Source: Macrostomum hystrix (lineage: Eukaryota > Animalia > Platyhelminthes). From it: DNA of 64,000 nucleotides. Location: positions 4,030,001 through 4,094,000 of the forward strand of contig CATNEN010000037.1 in the NCBI GenBank assembly GCA_950097015.1. The letters run 5' to 3'. A program made the position numbers and the translations under genes. This document shows positions 27,501 to 38,924 of the stretch, piece after piece; position 1 is the stretch's first letter, and each line of letters starts with the position of its first letter. The notes under the pieces were generated by a model. It was not told the origin of the DNA, made no database searches, and saw nothing but the letters and a program-made list of their open reading frames with translations.

Positions 27501-30500
27501 ATCCAAATGATCTAGATTGAGAATCCAAATGATCTAGATTGAGAATCCAATTGATCTAGATTGAGAATCCGAATGATCTAGATTGAGAATCCGAATGATC
27601 TAGATTGAGAATCCGAATGATCTGGATTGAGAATCCAAATGATCTGGATTGAGAATCCAAATTCTCTGGATTGAGAATCCGAATGATCTAGATTGAGAAT
27701 CCGAATGATCTAGATTGAGAATCCAAATGATCTAGATTGAGAATCCAATTGATCTAGATTGAGAATCCGAATGATCTAGATTGAGAATCCGAATGACACG
27801 GATTGAGAATCCAAGTGATCCGGATAGAGAATTCGAATGACCCAGATTGAGAATCCAAGTGATCCGGATTGAGAATCCGAATGACCCATATTGAGAATCC
27901 AAGTGATCCGGATTGAGAATCCAAATGATCCGGATTGAGAATTCGAATGACCCAGATTGAGAATCCAAGTGATCCGGATTGAGAATCCGAATGATCTGGA
28001 TTGAGAATTGAAATGATCTGGATTGTGAATCCGAATGACCCGGATTGAGAACCCAAATGATCTGGATTGAGAATCCGAATGACCCGGATTGAGAATCCAA
28101 ATGATCTACATTAAGAATCCAAATGATCTTGATTGAGAATCCAAGTGATCCGGATTGAGAATCCGAATGACCCGGATTGAGAATCCAAGTGATCCGGATT
28201 GAGAATCCGAATGATCTGGATTGAGTATCGAAATGATCTAGATTGAGAATCCGAATGACCCGGATTGAGAATCCAAATGATCTACATTAAGAATCCAAAT
28301 GATCTAGATTGAGAATCCAAATGATCTGGATTGAGAATCCAAATGATCTAGATTGAGAATCCGAATGATCTAGATTGAGAATCCGAATGATCTAGATTGA
28401 GAATCCAAATGATCTGGATTGAGAATCCAAATGATCTGGATTGAGAATCCAAATGATCTGGATTGAGAATCCAAATGATCTAGATTGAGAATCCGAATGA
28501 TCTAGATTGAGAATCCGAATGATCTGGATTGAGAATCCAAATGATCTAGATTGAGAATCCAAATGATCTGGATTGAGAATTCGAATGACCTAGATTGAGA
28601 ATCCAAATGATCTGGATTGAGAATTCGAATGACCTAGATTGAGAATCCAAGTGATCCGGATTGAGAATCCGAATGACCCATATTGAGAATCCGAATGATC
28701 TAGATTGAGAATCCGAATGATCTAGATTGAGAATCCGAATGATCTAGATTGAGAATCCAAATGATCTGGATTGAGAATTCGAATGACCCAGATTGAGAAT
28801 CCAAGTGATCCGGATTGAGAATCCGAATGATCTAGATTGAGAATCCGAATGATCTAGATTGAGAATCCGAATGATCTAGATTGAGAATTCGAATGACCCA
28901 GATTGAGAATCCAAGTGATCCGGATTGAGAATCCGAATGCCCGGATTGAGAATCCAAGTGATCCGGATTGAGAATTCGAATGACCCAGATTGAGAATCCA
29001 AGTGATCCGGATTGAGAATTCGAATGACCCAGATTGAGAATCCAAGTGATCCGGATTGAGAATCCAAGTGATCCGGATTGAGAATCCAAGTGATCCGGAT
29101 TGAGAATCCAAGTGATCCGGATTGAGAATCCGAATGACCCGGATTGAGAATCCAAGTGATCCGAATTGAGAATCCGAATGACCCATATTGAGAATCCAAG
29201 TGATCCGGATTGAGAATCCGAATGATCTGGATTGAGAATCGAAATGATCTGGATTGAGAATCCGAATGACCCGGATTGAGAACCCAAATGATCTAGATTG
29301 AGAATCCAAATGATCTAGATTGAGAATCCAAATGATCCGGATTGAGAATCCGAATGACCCATATTGAGAATCCAAGTGATCCGGATTGAGAATCCGAATG
29401 ATCTGGATTGAGAATCCGAATGACCCGGATTGAGAACCCAAATGATCTGGATTGAGAATCCAAGTGATCCGGATTGAGAATTCGAATGACCCATATTGAG
29501 AATCCAAGTGATCCGGATTGAGAATCCGAATGACCCAGATTGAGAATCCAAGTGATCCGGATTGAGAATCCGAATGATCTAGATTGAGAATCCAAGTGAT
29601 CCGGATTGAGAATCCAAATGATCTAGATTGAGAATCCAAATGATCCGGATTGAGAATTCGAATGATCCGGATTGAGAATCCAAGTGATCCGGATTGAGAA
29701 TCCGAATGACCCGGATTGAGAATCCAAGTGATCCGAATTGAGAATCCGAATGACCCATATTGAGAATCCAAGTGATCCGGATTGAGAATCCGAATGCCCG
29801 GATTGAGAATCCGAATGACCCATATTGAGAATCCAAGTGATCCGGATTGAGAATCCGAATGACCCATATTGAGAATCCAAGTGATCCGGATTAAGAATCC
29901 AAATGATCTAGATTGAGAATCCAAATGATCTAGATTGAGAATGCAATTGATCTAGATTGAGAATCCGAATGATCTAGATTGAGAATCCGAATGATCTGGA
30001 TTGAGAATCCAAATGATCTGGATTGAGAATCCAAATGATCTAGATTGAGAATCCGAATGATCTGGATTGAGAATCCAAATGATCTAGATTGAGAATCCAA
30101 ATGATCTAGATTGAGAATCCGAATGATCTAGATTGAGAATCCGAATGATCTGGATTGAGAATCCAAATGATCTGGATTGAGAATCCAAATTATCTGGATT
30201 GAGAATCCGAATGATCTAGATTGAGAATCCGAATGATCTAGATTGAGAATCCAAATGATCTAGATTGAGAATCCAATTGATCTAGATTGAGAATCCGAAT
30301 GATCTAGATTGATAATCCGAATGACACGGATTGAGAATCCAAGCGATCCGGATTGAGAATTCGAATGACCCAGATTGAGAATCCAAGTGATCCGGATTGA
30401 GAATCCGAATGACCCATATTGAGAATCCAAGTGATCCGGATTGAGAATCCAAATGATCCGGATTGAGAATTCGAATGACCCAGATTGAGAATCCAAGTGA

Positions 30501-33500
30501 TCCGGATTGAGAATCCGAATGATCTGGATTGAGAATCGAAATGATCTGGATTGTGAATCCGAATGACCCGGATTGAGAACCCAAATGATCTGGATTGAGA
30601 ATCCGAATGACCCGGATTGAGAATCCAAATGATCTACATTAAGAATCCAAATGATCTTGATTGAGAATCCAAGTGATCCGGATTGAGAATCCGAATGACC
30701 CGGATTGAGAATCCAAGTGATCCGGATTGAGAATCCGAATGACCCGGATTGAGAATCCAAGTGATCCGGATTGAGAATCCGAATGACCCATATTGAGAAT
30801 CCAAGTGATCCGGATTGAGAATCCGAATGCCCGGATTGAGAATCCAAGTGATCCGGATTGAGAATCCGAATGACCCATATTGAGAAAATAAGTGATCCGG
30901 ATTGAGAATCCGAATGACCCATATTGAGAATCCAAGTGATCCGGATTGAGAATCCGAATGCCCGGATTGAGAATCCAAGTGATCCGGATTGAGAATCCGA
31001 ATGACCCGGATTGAGAATCCAAGTGATCCGGATTGAGAATCCGAATGCCCGGATTGAGAATCCAAGTGATCCGGATTGAGAATCCGAATGACCCATATTG
31101 AGAATCCAAGTGATCCGGATTGAGAATCCAAGTGATCCGGATTGAGAATCCGAATGCCCGGATTGAGAATCCAAGTGATCCGGATTGAGAATCCGAATGC
31201 CCGGATTGAGAATCCAAGTGATCCGGATTGAGAATCCGAAAGACCCATATTGAGAATCCAAGTGATCCGGATTGAGAATCCGAATGACCCAGATTGAGTA
31301 TCTAAAACCTGTGTTAATAGGTCACGTGCAATATGGCACCTATATAATATAGAATATAGGAGCCATATTGTCGATCTGAAATTTTTTTAAAGTATTTTTG
31401 ATGCCAAATCGCTAACTGGAGCATCGCATTAGAGAGCATCATAATTATTTTATTGATTCTGCCCCGTCTTAGCTCGTATTTTCGCTAGTGGGCGGTGAAA
31501 GTACAATCGGAGGCAGCCGGATTTTTTCGTCAAATTGGTGATTTACGCTCGTAACTCTTTTTTTAAAACGCGCGACACAATGAAGCTTTGTATGCTGAAG
31601 GGAAGTGATAAAATGCGTTTTCTACCTGCCATCAGTGCTCACTATTGCACTTTTCATGTTTGAATTCATGCATTACTCGCTATATTAATAATGCTACTGC
31701 AGGAGTAACAATGGCGGCATTCATCTCAGACATTTACGGGTTACCATTCCTGGCGGGTTCTAACCCTTGCTGGCGGGTTCTAGCCCTTGCTGGCGAGTTC
31801 TAACCCTTGCTGGCGGGTTCTAACCCTTGCTGGCGGGTTCTAATCCTTGCTGGCGGGTTCTAATCCTTGCTGGCGGGTTCTAACCCTTGCTGGCGGGTTC
31901 TAGCCCTTGCTGGCGAGTTCTAACCCTTGCTGGCGGGTTCTAACCCTTGCTGGCGGGTTCTAATCCTTGCTGGCGGGTTCTAATCCTTGCTGGCGGGTTC
32001 TAGCCCTTGCTGGCGGGTTCTAATCCTTGCTGGCGGGTTCTAGCCCTTGCTGGCGGGTTCTAATCCTTGCTGGCGGGTTCTAGCCCTTGCTGGCGGGTTC
32101 TAATCCTTGCTGGCGGGTTCTAGCCCTTGCTGGCGGGTTCTAATCCTTGCTGGCGGGTTCTAATCCTTGCTGGCGGGTTCTAATCCTTGCTGGCGGGTTC
32201 TAGCCCTTGCTGGCGGGTTCTAACCCTTGCTGGCGGGTTCTAGCCCTTGCTGGCGGGTTCTAATCCTTGCTGGCGGGTTCTAGCCCTTGCTGGCGGGTTC
32301 TAATCCTTGCTGGCGGGTTCTAACCATTGCTGGCTGGTTCTAATCCTTGCTGGCGGGTTCTAACCATTGCTGGCGGGTTCTAACCCTTACTGTCGGATCT
32401 TATCTTCTCAGGTGGCTCTTACCTTTCTCAGAGGGGCTCTTACCCTTCTTAGGTGGCTCTTACCCTTCTGAGGGGGCTCCTACCCTTCTTAGGGGGCTCT
32501 TACTCTTCTTAGGGGGCTCTTACCCTTCTCAGGGGGCTCCTACCCTTCTCAGGGGGCTCTTACCCTTCTCAGGGGGCTCTTACCCTTCTCAGGGGGCTCT
32601 TACCCTTCTCAGGGGGCTCTTACCCTTCTCAGGGGGCTCTTACCCTTCTCAGGGGGCTCTTACCCTTCTCAGGGGCTCTTACCCTTCTCAGGGGGCTCTT
32701 ACCCTTCTCAGGGGGCTCTTACCCTTCTCAGGGGGCTCCTACCCTTCTCAGGGGGCTCTTACCCTTCTCAGGGGGCTCTTACCCTTCTCAGGGGGCTCTT
32801 ACCCTTCTCAGGGGGCTCTTACCCTTCTCAGGGGGCTCTTACCCTTCTCAGGGGGCTCTTACCCTTCTCAGGGGGCTCTTACCCTTCTCAGGGGGTTCTT
32901 ACCCTTCTTAGGTAGCTCTTACTCTTAATTACAGCTTTTGAACCAGCTGACGAGGCTTTACTCCCTCTCTATTATTTCTGTGCTTTCTTAAATTTCCGTC
33001 TAATTTCAACAATTGCACTCGTGTACCACCCTACGAACCAGGCCAGTGTACGACAGTGTTCAGCAGGTGCGTCAGATTCTCAATCTTAACGTTCGGCGCT
33101 ACCTGCGCGACAGGTACGGCGACTATGAGCATGACACGGACACTCTGCGGGCTGAGGATGATGGAATCTACAATCTGCCCAGTGAGTACCATTGCTTGGC
33201 TACTGTTTACGTTCAGTGTTGCTGTGCGATTTCACTCCGACTGTCACTCCACCATTTCACTCTGACTGTCCCCTCCGTCATTTCACCCCGACTGTCATTC
33301 CGCCATTTCACCCCGACTGTCATTCCACCATTTCACTCCGACTGTCACTCCACCATTTCACTCCGACTGTCACTCCACCATTTCACTCTGACTGTCACTC
33401 CACCATTTCACTCCGACTGTCACTCCACCATTTCACTCCGACTGTCACTCCACTATTTCACTCCGACTGTCACTCCGGCATTTCTCTCCGACTGTCACTC

Positions 33501-35679
33501 CACCATTTCACTCCGACTGTCACTCCACCATGGCAGACCTGGTGATCCGGGACACCTATGGCATCAGGATGCTGGCTCAGTTCAGCGCCAGCCCCAGCGC
33601 CATGCTGCTGTGGTGCGCATTCGGTACGCTCGCCTGCGACCAGGCCGACTTCCAGCCAGTCGCCCTGCCCGCTAGCCCGGCCTGCATGACCTTCAGCCTC
33701 GACAGATTCCGGTCCAGACGGCCCAACATCACCGTCAACGAGCTGAATGAGCTGCGCCTCGTTCTGTTCACCGACTCATTCAACAGCGACCCCGGCGTCA
33801 TCGCTGGCCTTGCCAACTTGCCTGGCGACTGGTTCAACATGCAGACAACTGGCGGCGCCGTGGCCTACGTGCACCCCAGGGGCACCTACCCCACGCATGG
33901 CAACCGAATCGAGGCTAGCAACGGGGAAGAGACCATTGTGGATATCCGGTACCAATTAAACTCCTCTAAAATAATCATGATAATACCTTGTAAGGGGCTT
34001 CGGGCTCTGGTACATCATCGGGTGACGCATAGGCCACGCACACGCACACATACTGTACACATGTACAACACACAGGTGTGTACATCTGCCCCACACCATT
34101 TTTTATTGAGAAAGTGGCCTCATAAAAGTGGCCTCATGAAAGTGGCCTCACCGCGGAATCGAGCTCGGGGACCTTGGTGCTAGAGGCAAACGTGTGTTAA
34201 CCGCTTTGCCACTCACTCCAACTGAGCAATGTTTGTACACACGTGCGTACTTGGGAACGTGATTTATGTGACATAATTTCCTTCAAAGTCTCTCGAACAC
34301 CTTTTTTGATCGAATAAGTTCAGCAGGTGAAGCACATTCTCTAATTATGGTTCGGCCATAGACAAAAAGGTTTGGTTACGGCCATAGACAGAAGGGCTAT
34401 GGCAGTCGTCAATGGGCGTTTTCCAAAGTACGCTCGTACATTGATTGTACTTGGATGTGTGAATTTTGAAAAGCATTTAGCAGTGTTAGTGGTTAGAGCA
34501 CAAATCAATGAACTCAATATTCCGCAGGTATCAGGCGTTCGACGCTAAAAGTACACAGAGTGCGCCATGCCTGGACGACGCCAGTCACCGGAAGCTGCAG
34601 TACCTGGTGATTGCTAATCGCCAATTGGTGCCAGCAACTTTTGAGGTTTGTATAAAATGATCTAAAAAATCAATTCTGAAGCCTTGCTAAAAAAGTCAGC
34701 TACGAAAACTCGCATGTTGCTCGGTTAGCTGACCATGGTGAGGAAGTAACACCCAGTGCAATATCCTGAGCACGAGCTCAGGTTGAACTTGAGCACAGTG
34801 CTCATGCAATTCTTCTTTAGTGAAGTAAATCGAAGGTGATAAATCAAGCAGAAATTGCATTCACAGGCCCACCTGTACGATTGTCACGTGACAGTGTCCC
34901 AGGACGTATTGCTGCGCCGTTGCGGCTTCATCGATCCGAGCCTGCCGCTGCCAGCTGACCTCGCCGGCAAGCCGAGGCGCGGCAACCTCAGCAACCTTCT
35001 ACCAGCGTCTGGCGGGGAAAATCTGACCCCAGCCCAACTGATCGACTCCGTGTTCATCCAGGCAGTCAACAGCTCAAACGACGGCGGCATGCCGGGCATG
35101 ATCCGTCGCCTGCTTGAGAACGAGTCCTGCCTGCGGCTAGCCCAGGTGGCCGCGGCGGCAGATTCGCGAATAGACGCCTGTCTGGACTTCTGCCGAGGCG
35201 GCATCTACAGCACCGGCTTCATGGCAGCCGCTTGGCCAGTGGCGGACGCGGCCTTCCTGCAGCCGCTGGTTCGGCGCTGGCTGGGGTCCAACGCCTACTT
35301 CCTGAACGGCTCCTCCAGGACCAACCAGTCTATAAACGAGGCCTTCATCCACTCGGCCAGCTGGAATCTGCTGCGGGCCTACAAGTCGCTGCCCGACAAG
35401 GCGCTTGGCGAGTCTCTAAAAAATTTTCTAGCTCTCCGATTTCGTCCGGCTGACTCGCAGGGCCTCGGAGCGCTGACGGAGGAGAACTGGGCCTACCAGC
35501 TGCATGACCTGGCCTCCGATGTTGGCGGCATACTCGGCCTGTACATGGGCGTCAGCGTGCTGACCCTGTGCGAGCTGCTGGAGCTGCTGGGCCGCATGGC
35601 TGGCATTGCTTCTCGGGGCAGGCGGGCCGCAGCTCCAGGTGTTGCTGCTGCTTCCGCGTTGCGAACCACCAGTGTGTGA
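18580..35679 (+). CDS. DEG/ENaC-family amiloride-sensitive sodium channel subunit. Exons 18580 (or ATG 18664/18772)-19160, 33042-33181, 33537-33948, 34528-34645 (or 34606), 34867-35679
   Basis: Pre-TM1 HG motif FAGSTTAHG; TM1 AWLALIVAAFIAFTVHL; post-TM1 PDITVCN; WCAFGTLAC...DF; CMTF; AYVHP; thumb Cys; AAAWP; TM2 YQLHDLASDVGGILGLYMGVSVLTLCELLE (GxS filter). Junction phases 2, 1, 2, 0 match. Confidence 0.92.
18692..18765 (+). repeat. Degenerate (CCCTAA)n telomere-like tract at the 5' end of the DEG/ENaC ORF, read as (PN)n
   Basis: CTAACCCTAACCCTAACCCTAACCCTAGCCCTAACCCTAGCCCAAACCCTAACC... seen directly. Confidence 0.85.
19216..31302. repeat. ~12.1-kb satellite of a 22-bp monomer (GATTGAGAATCCGAATGATCTA and variants, occasional 21-bp units), ~550 copies, in DEG/ENaC intron 1
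   Basis: Direct tandem repetition; higher-order period of 2549 bp from rare-variant markers. Confidence 0.99.
31750..32388. repeat. 20-bp minisatellite (TGCTGGCGGGTTCTAACCCT), ~32 copies
   Basis: Direct tandem repetition. Confidence 0.97.
32398..32925. repeat. 20-bp minisatellite (CTTACCCTTCTCAGGGGGCT), ~26 copies
   Basis: Direct tandem repetition, starting ~10 bp after the previous array. Confidence 0.97.
33225..33530. repeat. 25-bp minisatellite (ACTCCGACTGTCACTCCACCATTTC), ~12 copies, filling DEG/ENaC intron 2
   Basis: Direct tandem repetition ending 6 nt before the acceptor AG at 33535-33536. Confidence 0.95.
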
Positions 35680-36287
35680 AACTTGCTAGTTATTGTATCG
35701 TTACCAATAAAGACAAACTGGCTTTTGCTACAGTCTTAAATTATTGAATGTTGTTGCACTTGTTCTCTTTAGCTGCAGTGCGAGATGACTGAATCTGAGG
35801 TGGCTGTGCGGCGTGAGGTGGGTGTAAGACATTGGATATTTGTACGGTTTGAGGTGGGTGTAGGATTTGAGTGATCAGACTCGGACTAATGTCTCTGAGT
35901 ACTATATTTTCCTCCCTAGGCTAAGAGAATATTTGAAAGCAGCAGCATTTCATATTGCTATAAGCATAGAAACAATTGCACTCCACAAAAGTTCAATCAA
36001 CAAAATTGAACACTAATTTCGCTAATGATCACTGAGGGAGCTAGCTTCTCTTTTAATCAGATAGAGCTGAGCTGCGTGATCTTGGGCCTTCTGGAAAGGC
36101 TTCTTGCTCTCGAGGTGCAGTCAACAAAGCGTATTGTTCCAATTAGAGCTGCTTATTCTTCTTTGAGTTGTTGCTTTTTAATTTCCACCTGACGCTTGAA
36201 ACTAATTTTAGCGAGTGCAGAGGCAACTGCCTCGAATTCGTAATAAAAAACTCACAGGAAGTGAGACACCGAGTACTTTGTGACTCA

Positions 36288-36620
36288 CTGAGTACAGACA
36301 ACTGAGTACAGACAACTGAGTACAGACAACTGAGTACAGACAACTGAGTACAGACAACTGAGTACAGACAACTGAGTACAGACAACTGAGTACAGACAAC
36401 TGAGTACAGACAACTGAGTACAGACAACTGAGTACAGACAACTGAGTACAGACAACTGAGTACAGACAATTGAGTACAGACAACTGAGTACAGACAACTG
36501 AGTACAGACAACTGAGTACAGACAATTGAGTACAGACAACTGAGTAAAGACAACTGAGTACAGACAACTGAGTACAGACAACTGAGTACAGACAACTGAG
36601 TACAGACAACTGAGTACAGA
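36288..36620. repeat. 14-bp minisatellite (ACTGAGTACAGACA), ~24 copies
   Basis: Direct tandem repetition. Confidence 0.97.
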
Positions 36621-37906
36621 TATAAGAACCTAACTAAGTCACAGACATGGGGCAATTATAAAAGCAGCACGTAATGTATTACCCGTTTGCCCGCCAACGC
36701 CAGTCTATGTCTTAAAACATTTCATTTATTTGCCCAGTGCGGATAAACGGAACGTTTACCATAGACAACTCACAGACGTCTTGGGGAAATGAAAAGAGCA
36801 TGAACAACATGAACAGCATTGAAACTTAACTAGAATTACACTTAAACCTCCAGCCAAGACAGCCTTTCCAGCCTTACACGCCTCGTGTGCACTTTTTACC
36901 ACAGACGCTTCTTCTTCAAACAGGTCTGCTTTTTACCATAGACTATGGACAGAGTCCGAGAGAGAAAGAGAGTCAGAGTTTATACACAGAGCATAAAAGT
37001 GCAATCAGAGTTGGCGGGCAAGTGGGAATACATACCATATTTCCCATTTATATATTATAAACCAAGGCTTGTTAGACTTTTATGTCAAGATGGCAGTCTC
37101 GAAATATTACTAGCTAGTCTCTACTCTACTAATAGTAAACTATTTTGACTGACAACTCATTTATTTTGAATAAACGTAATAATCTTGATAATTGTTATTA
37201 TTTATCACTGATGTAACTGCAGGTGCATCTGTGTCAAGTGGATATATGTATCTGTGATAGGCGTGCGATGAGTGAAGGTTATATTATCATATAACTAGTG
37301 TAATTTGGAAGCATGTGTAGTTATAGTATGTACGATGGCCATTAGTTGTAATTCTAGATTTGTATTAATTTGTACTTAAACTTGTGAAATAGCTCGCACT
37401 GGTTTTGATTTGTTAAGATCATCTCGGCTGGTTGCGTCTAATTTATCTTATTTTAGCATTTATACTGATTTCTAGGCGTACCTCGTAATTCATTGAAAAG
37501 TTTGCCTGAATGCACATACAAATGCTACTTATAGTAGAATGGTTCGTTTTCGAAATGCGGTAAGCGTTTTAACAATAAAAAAACAATCGAAAAGTTAAAA
37601 CAAATTGAATTGGCCCGGATTCTATTTCACAGGTGCCGCTACTCAGCCAACTGTCCAGCCAGCACAATATGACGTTTCGGTGTATATATTTTGCGGACCT
37701 TTTATGACCCAACAATCCGTAGATAGAAGCACAACAATTTAGTCGGGGGTCTATTCATTTCTTAACAATAAGCGGCCTCTTTTGGTTTGCACAGCCGCTG
37801 CCGCATGCACAGAGGGGGAGAGGTGAGAGTGGAGTCTTGAGTCGCTTGAATAATCAATTTTGGAGTTCGTCAAAGGTGCTCAGTCGTGTCTCTGACGGGT
37901 CATCTC

Positions 37907-38224
37907 TTAGCCGTAGCGCATTCGGCTGCCCGTGGCGTAGGCGGCCTTGCCGCGCTCCTCGCTGTGATATCCGGGGTGCTGGAAGGACAGTGACGAGGCC
38001 AGCAGGAAGCCGCGGTAGGGCCGCTCGAATCGGCGATAGCGGAGCAGTTGTGAGCAGAGCGCCGCTAGGCGAGGGCTACTGGCCCGCCGCTCAGGTGAGC
38101 ACAGGCCCATCGCAGCCGCAGCAATGGCAGCTTCGTCCGACCAGACATCCGGCTCGGCTAGAGCTAAGGCTACGAAGCCCATGACGGCGCATAGCAACAG
38201 CATGGCAACCGTACTGTATTGCAT
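37907..38224 (-). CDS. Neuropeptide precursor (105 aa): signal peptide, two-Cys pro-region, C-terminal ...AAYATGSRMRY-Gly-stop (RY-amide)
   Basis: Leader MQYSTVAMLLLCAVMGFVALALA; C-x14-C motif (LCSPERRASSPRLAALC); RR and R/K processing sites; the terminal Gly sits immediately before TAA. GC-rich coding-like composition in AT-rich flanks; TTCTCAG acceptor at 38299 upstream. Confidence 0.8.
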   Translation of the reverse strand: MQYSTVAMLLLCAVMGFVALALAEPDVWSDEAAIAAAAMGLCSPERRASSPRLAALCSQLLRYRRFERPYRGFLLASSLSFQHPGYHSEERGKAAYATGSRMRYG

Positions 38225-38924
38225 GTTTTGGTTGCTATGTGAGGTTAGCGAACTTTCAAATTTACTAAGCTGTCAAAGATTGGAACTGATGAATGCGGCT
38301 GAGAACAGCTAGTCACCTTTGTGAGTGCACCTCGACATGGATTTTTGGGGCCGTATTATATCCGCCGCCAAGGTCCATAGATGGTGCGTTGGCTTGGGGC
38401 GGCTTTGAGCCAGAGACAGCTCCGACTGTTCTGATTGGCTGCGGAACAGGCCGTGGGCGATCGCTGGTAAGCCTTGTGCAATTCTTGTCAGATATTGTCA
38501 GATTTGCTGATTAGGAGGATTTTCATTCATCAACAGCGCGTGCTAAAACTGGCTCTAAGTTTGCTCTTAGAGTAACAAAAATTGAATTTCACTCCCCTAT
38601 TAAAATGCACGTAGTAAAATCCCATCTTGAATTTTAATCTGGATTTAATGAAGCCGGTTGAAAAGCTACCTGACAAGATTTCTTTGCTCAGAAACTTGGA
38701 GAACGCAGAAATGAGAGCCTGCGTAGATTCATCAGAGCTGGGAAGTGAATGCATCAGAGACGACTGAATGCGCATTTGCGAATGCTCAAACATCTTTGAG
38801 CACATTCCGTACATTAGACTCTGAATCGACAATTAGCCACAAAATAGTACGTGGTAGAAAGTAAATGCAGAAGAATAAAAAAAGATAATACGAGGTTGCA
38901 TTTCTAACTTTTAGGATAGTACTT

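Noticed and set aside
19910-31261. Dozens of minus-strand DSQSGSFGFSI ORFs
   Set aside because: Translations of the 22-bp satellite; the frame rotates every unit; no coding signal.
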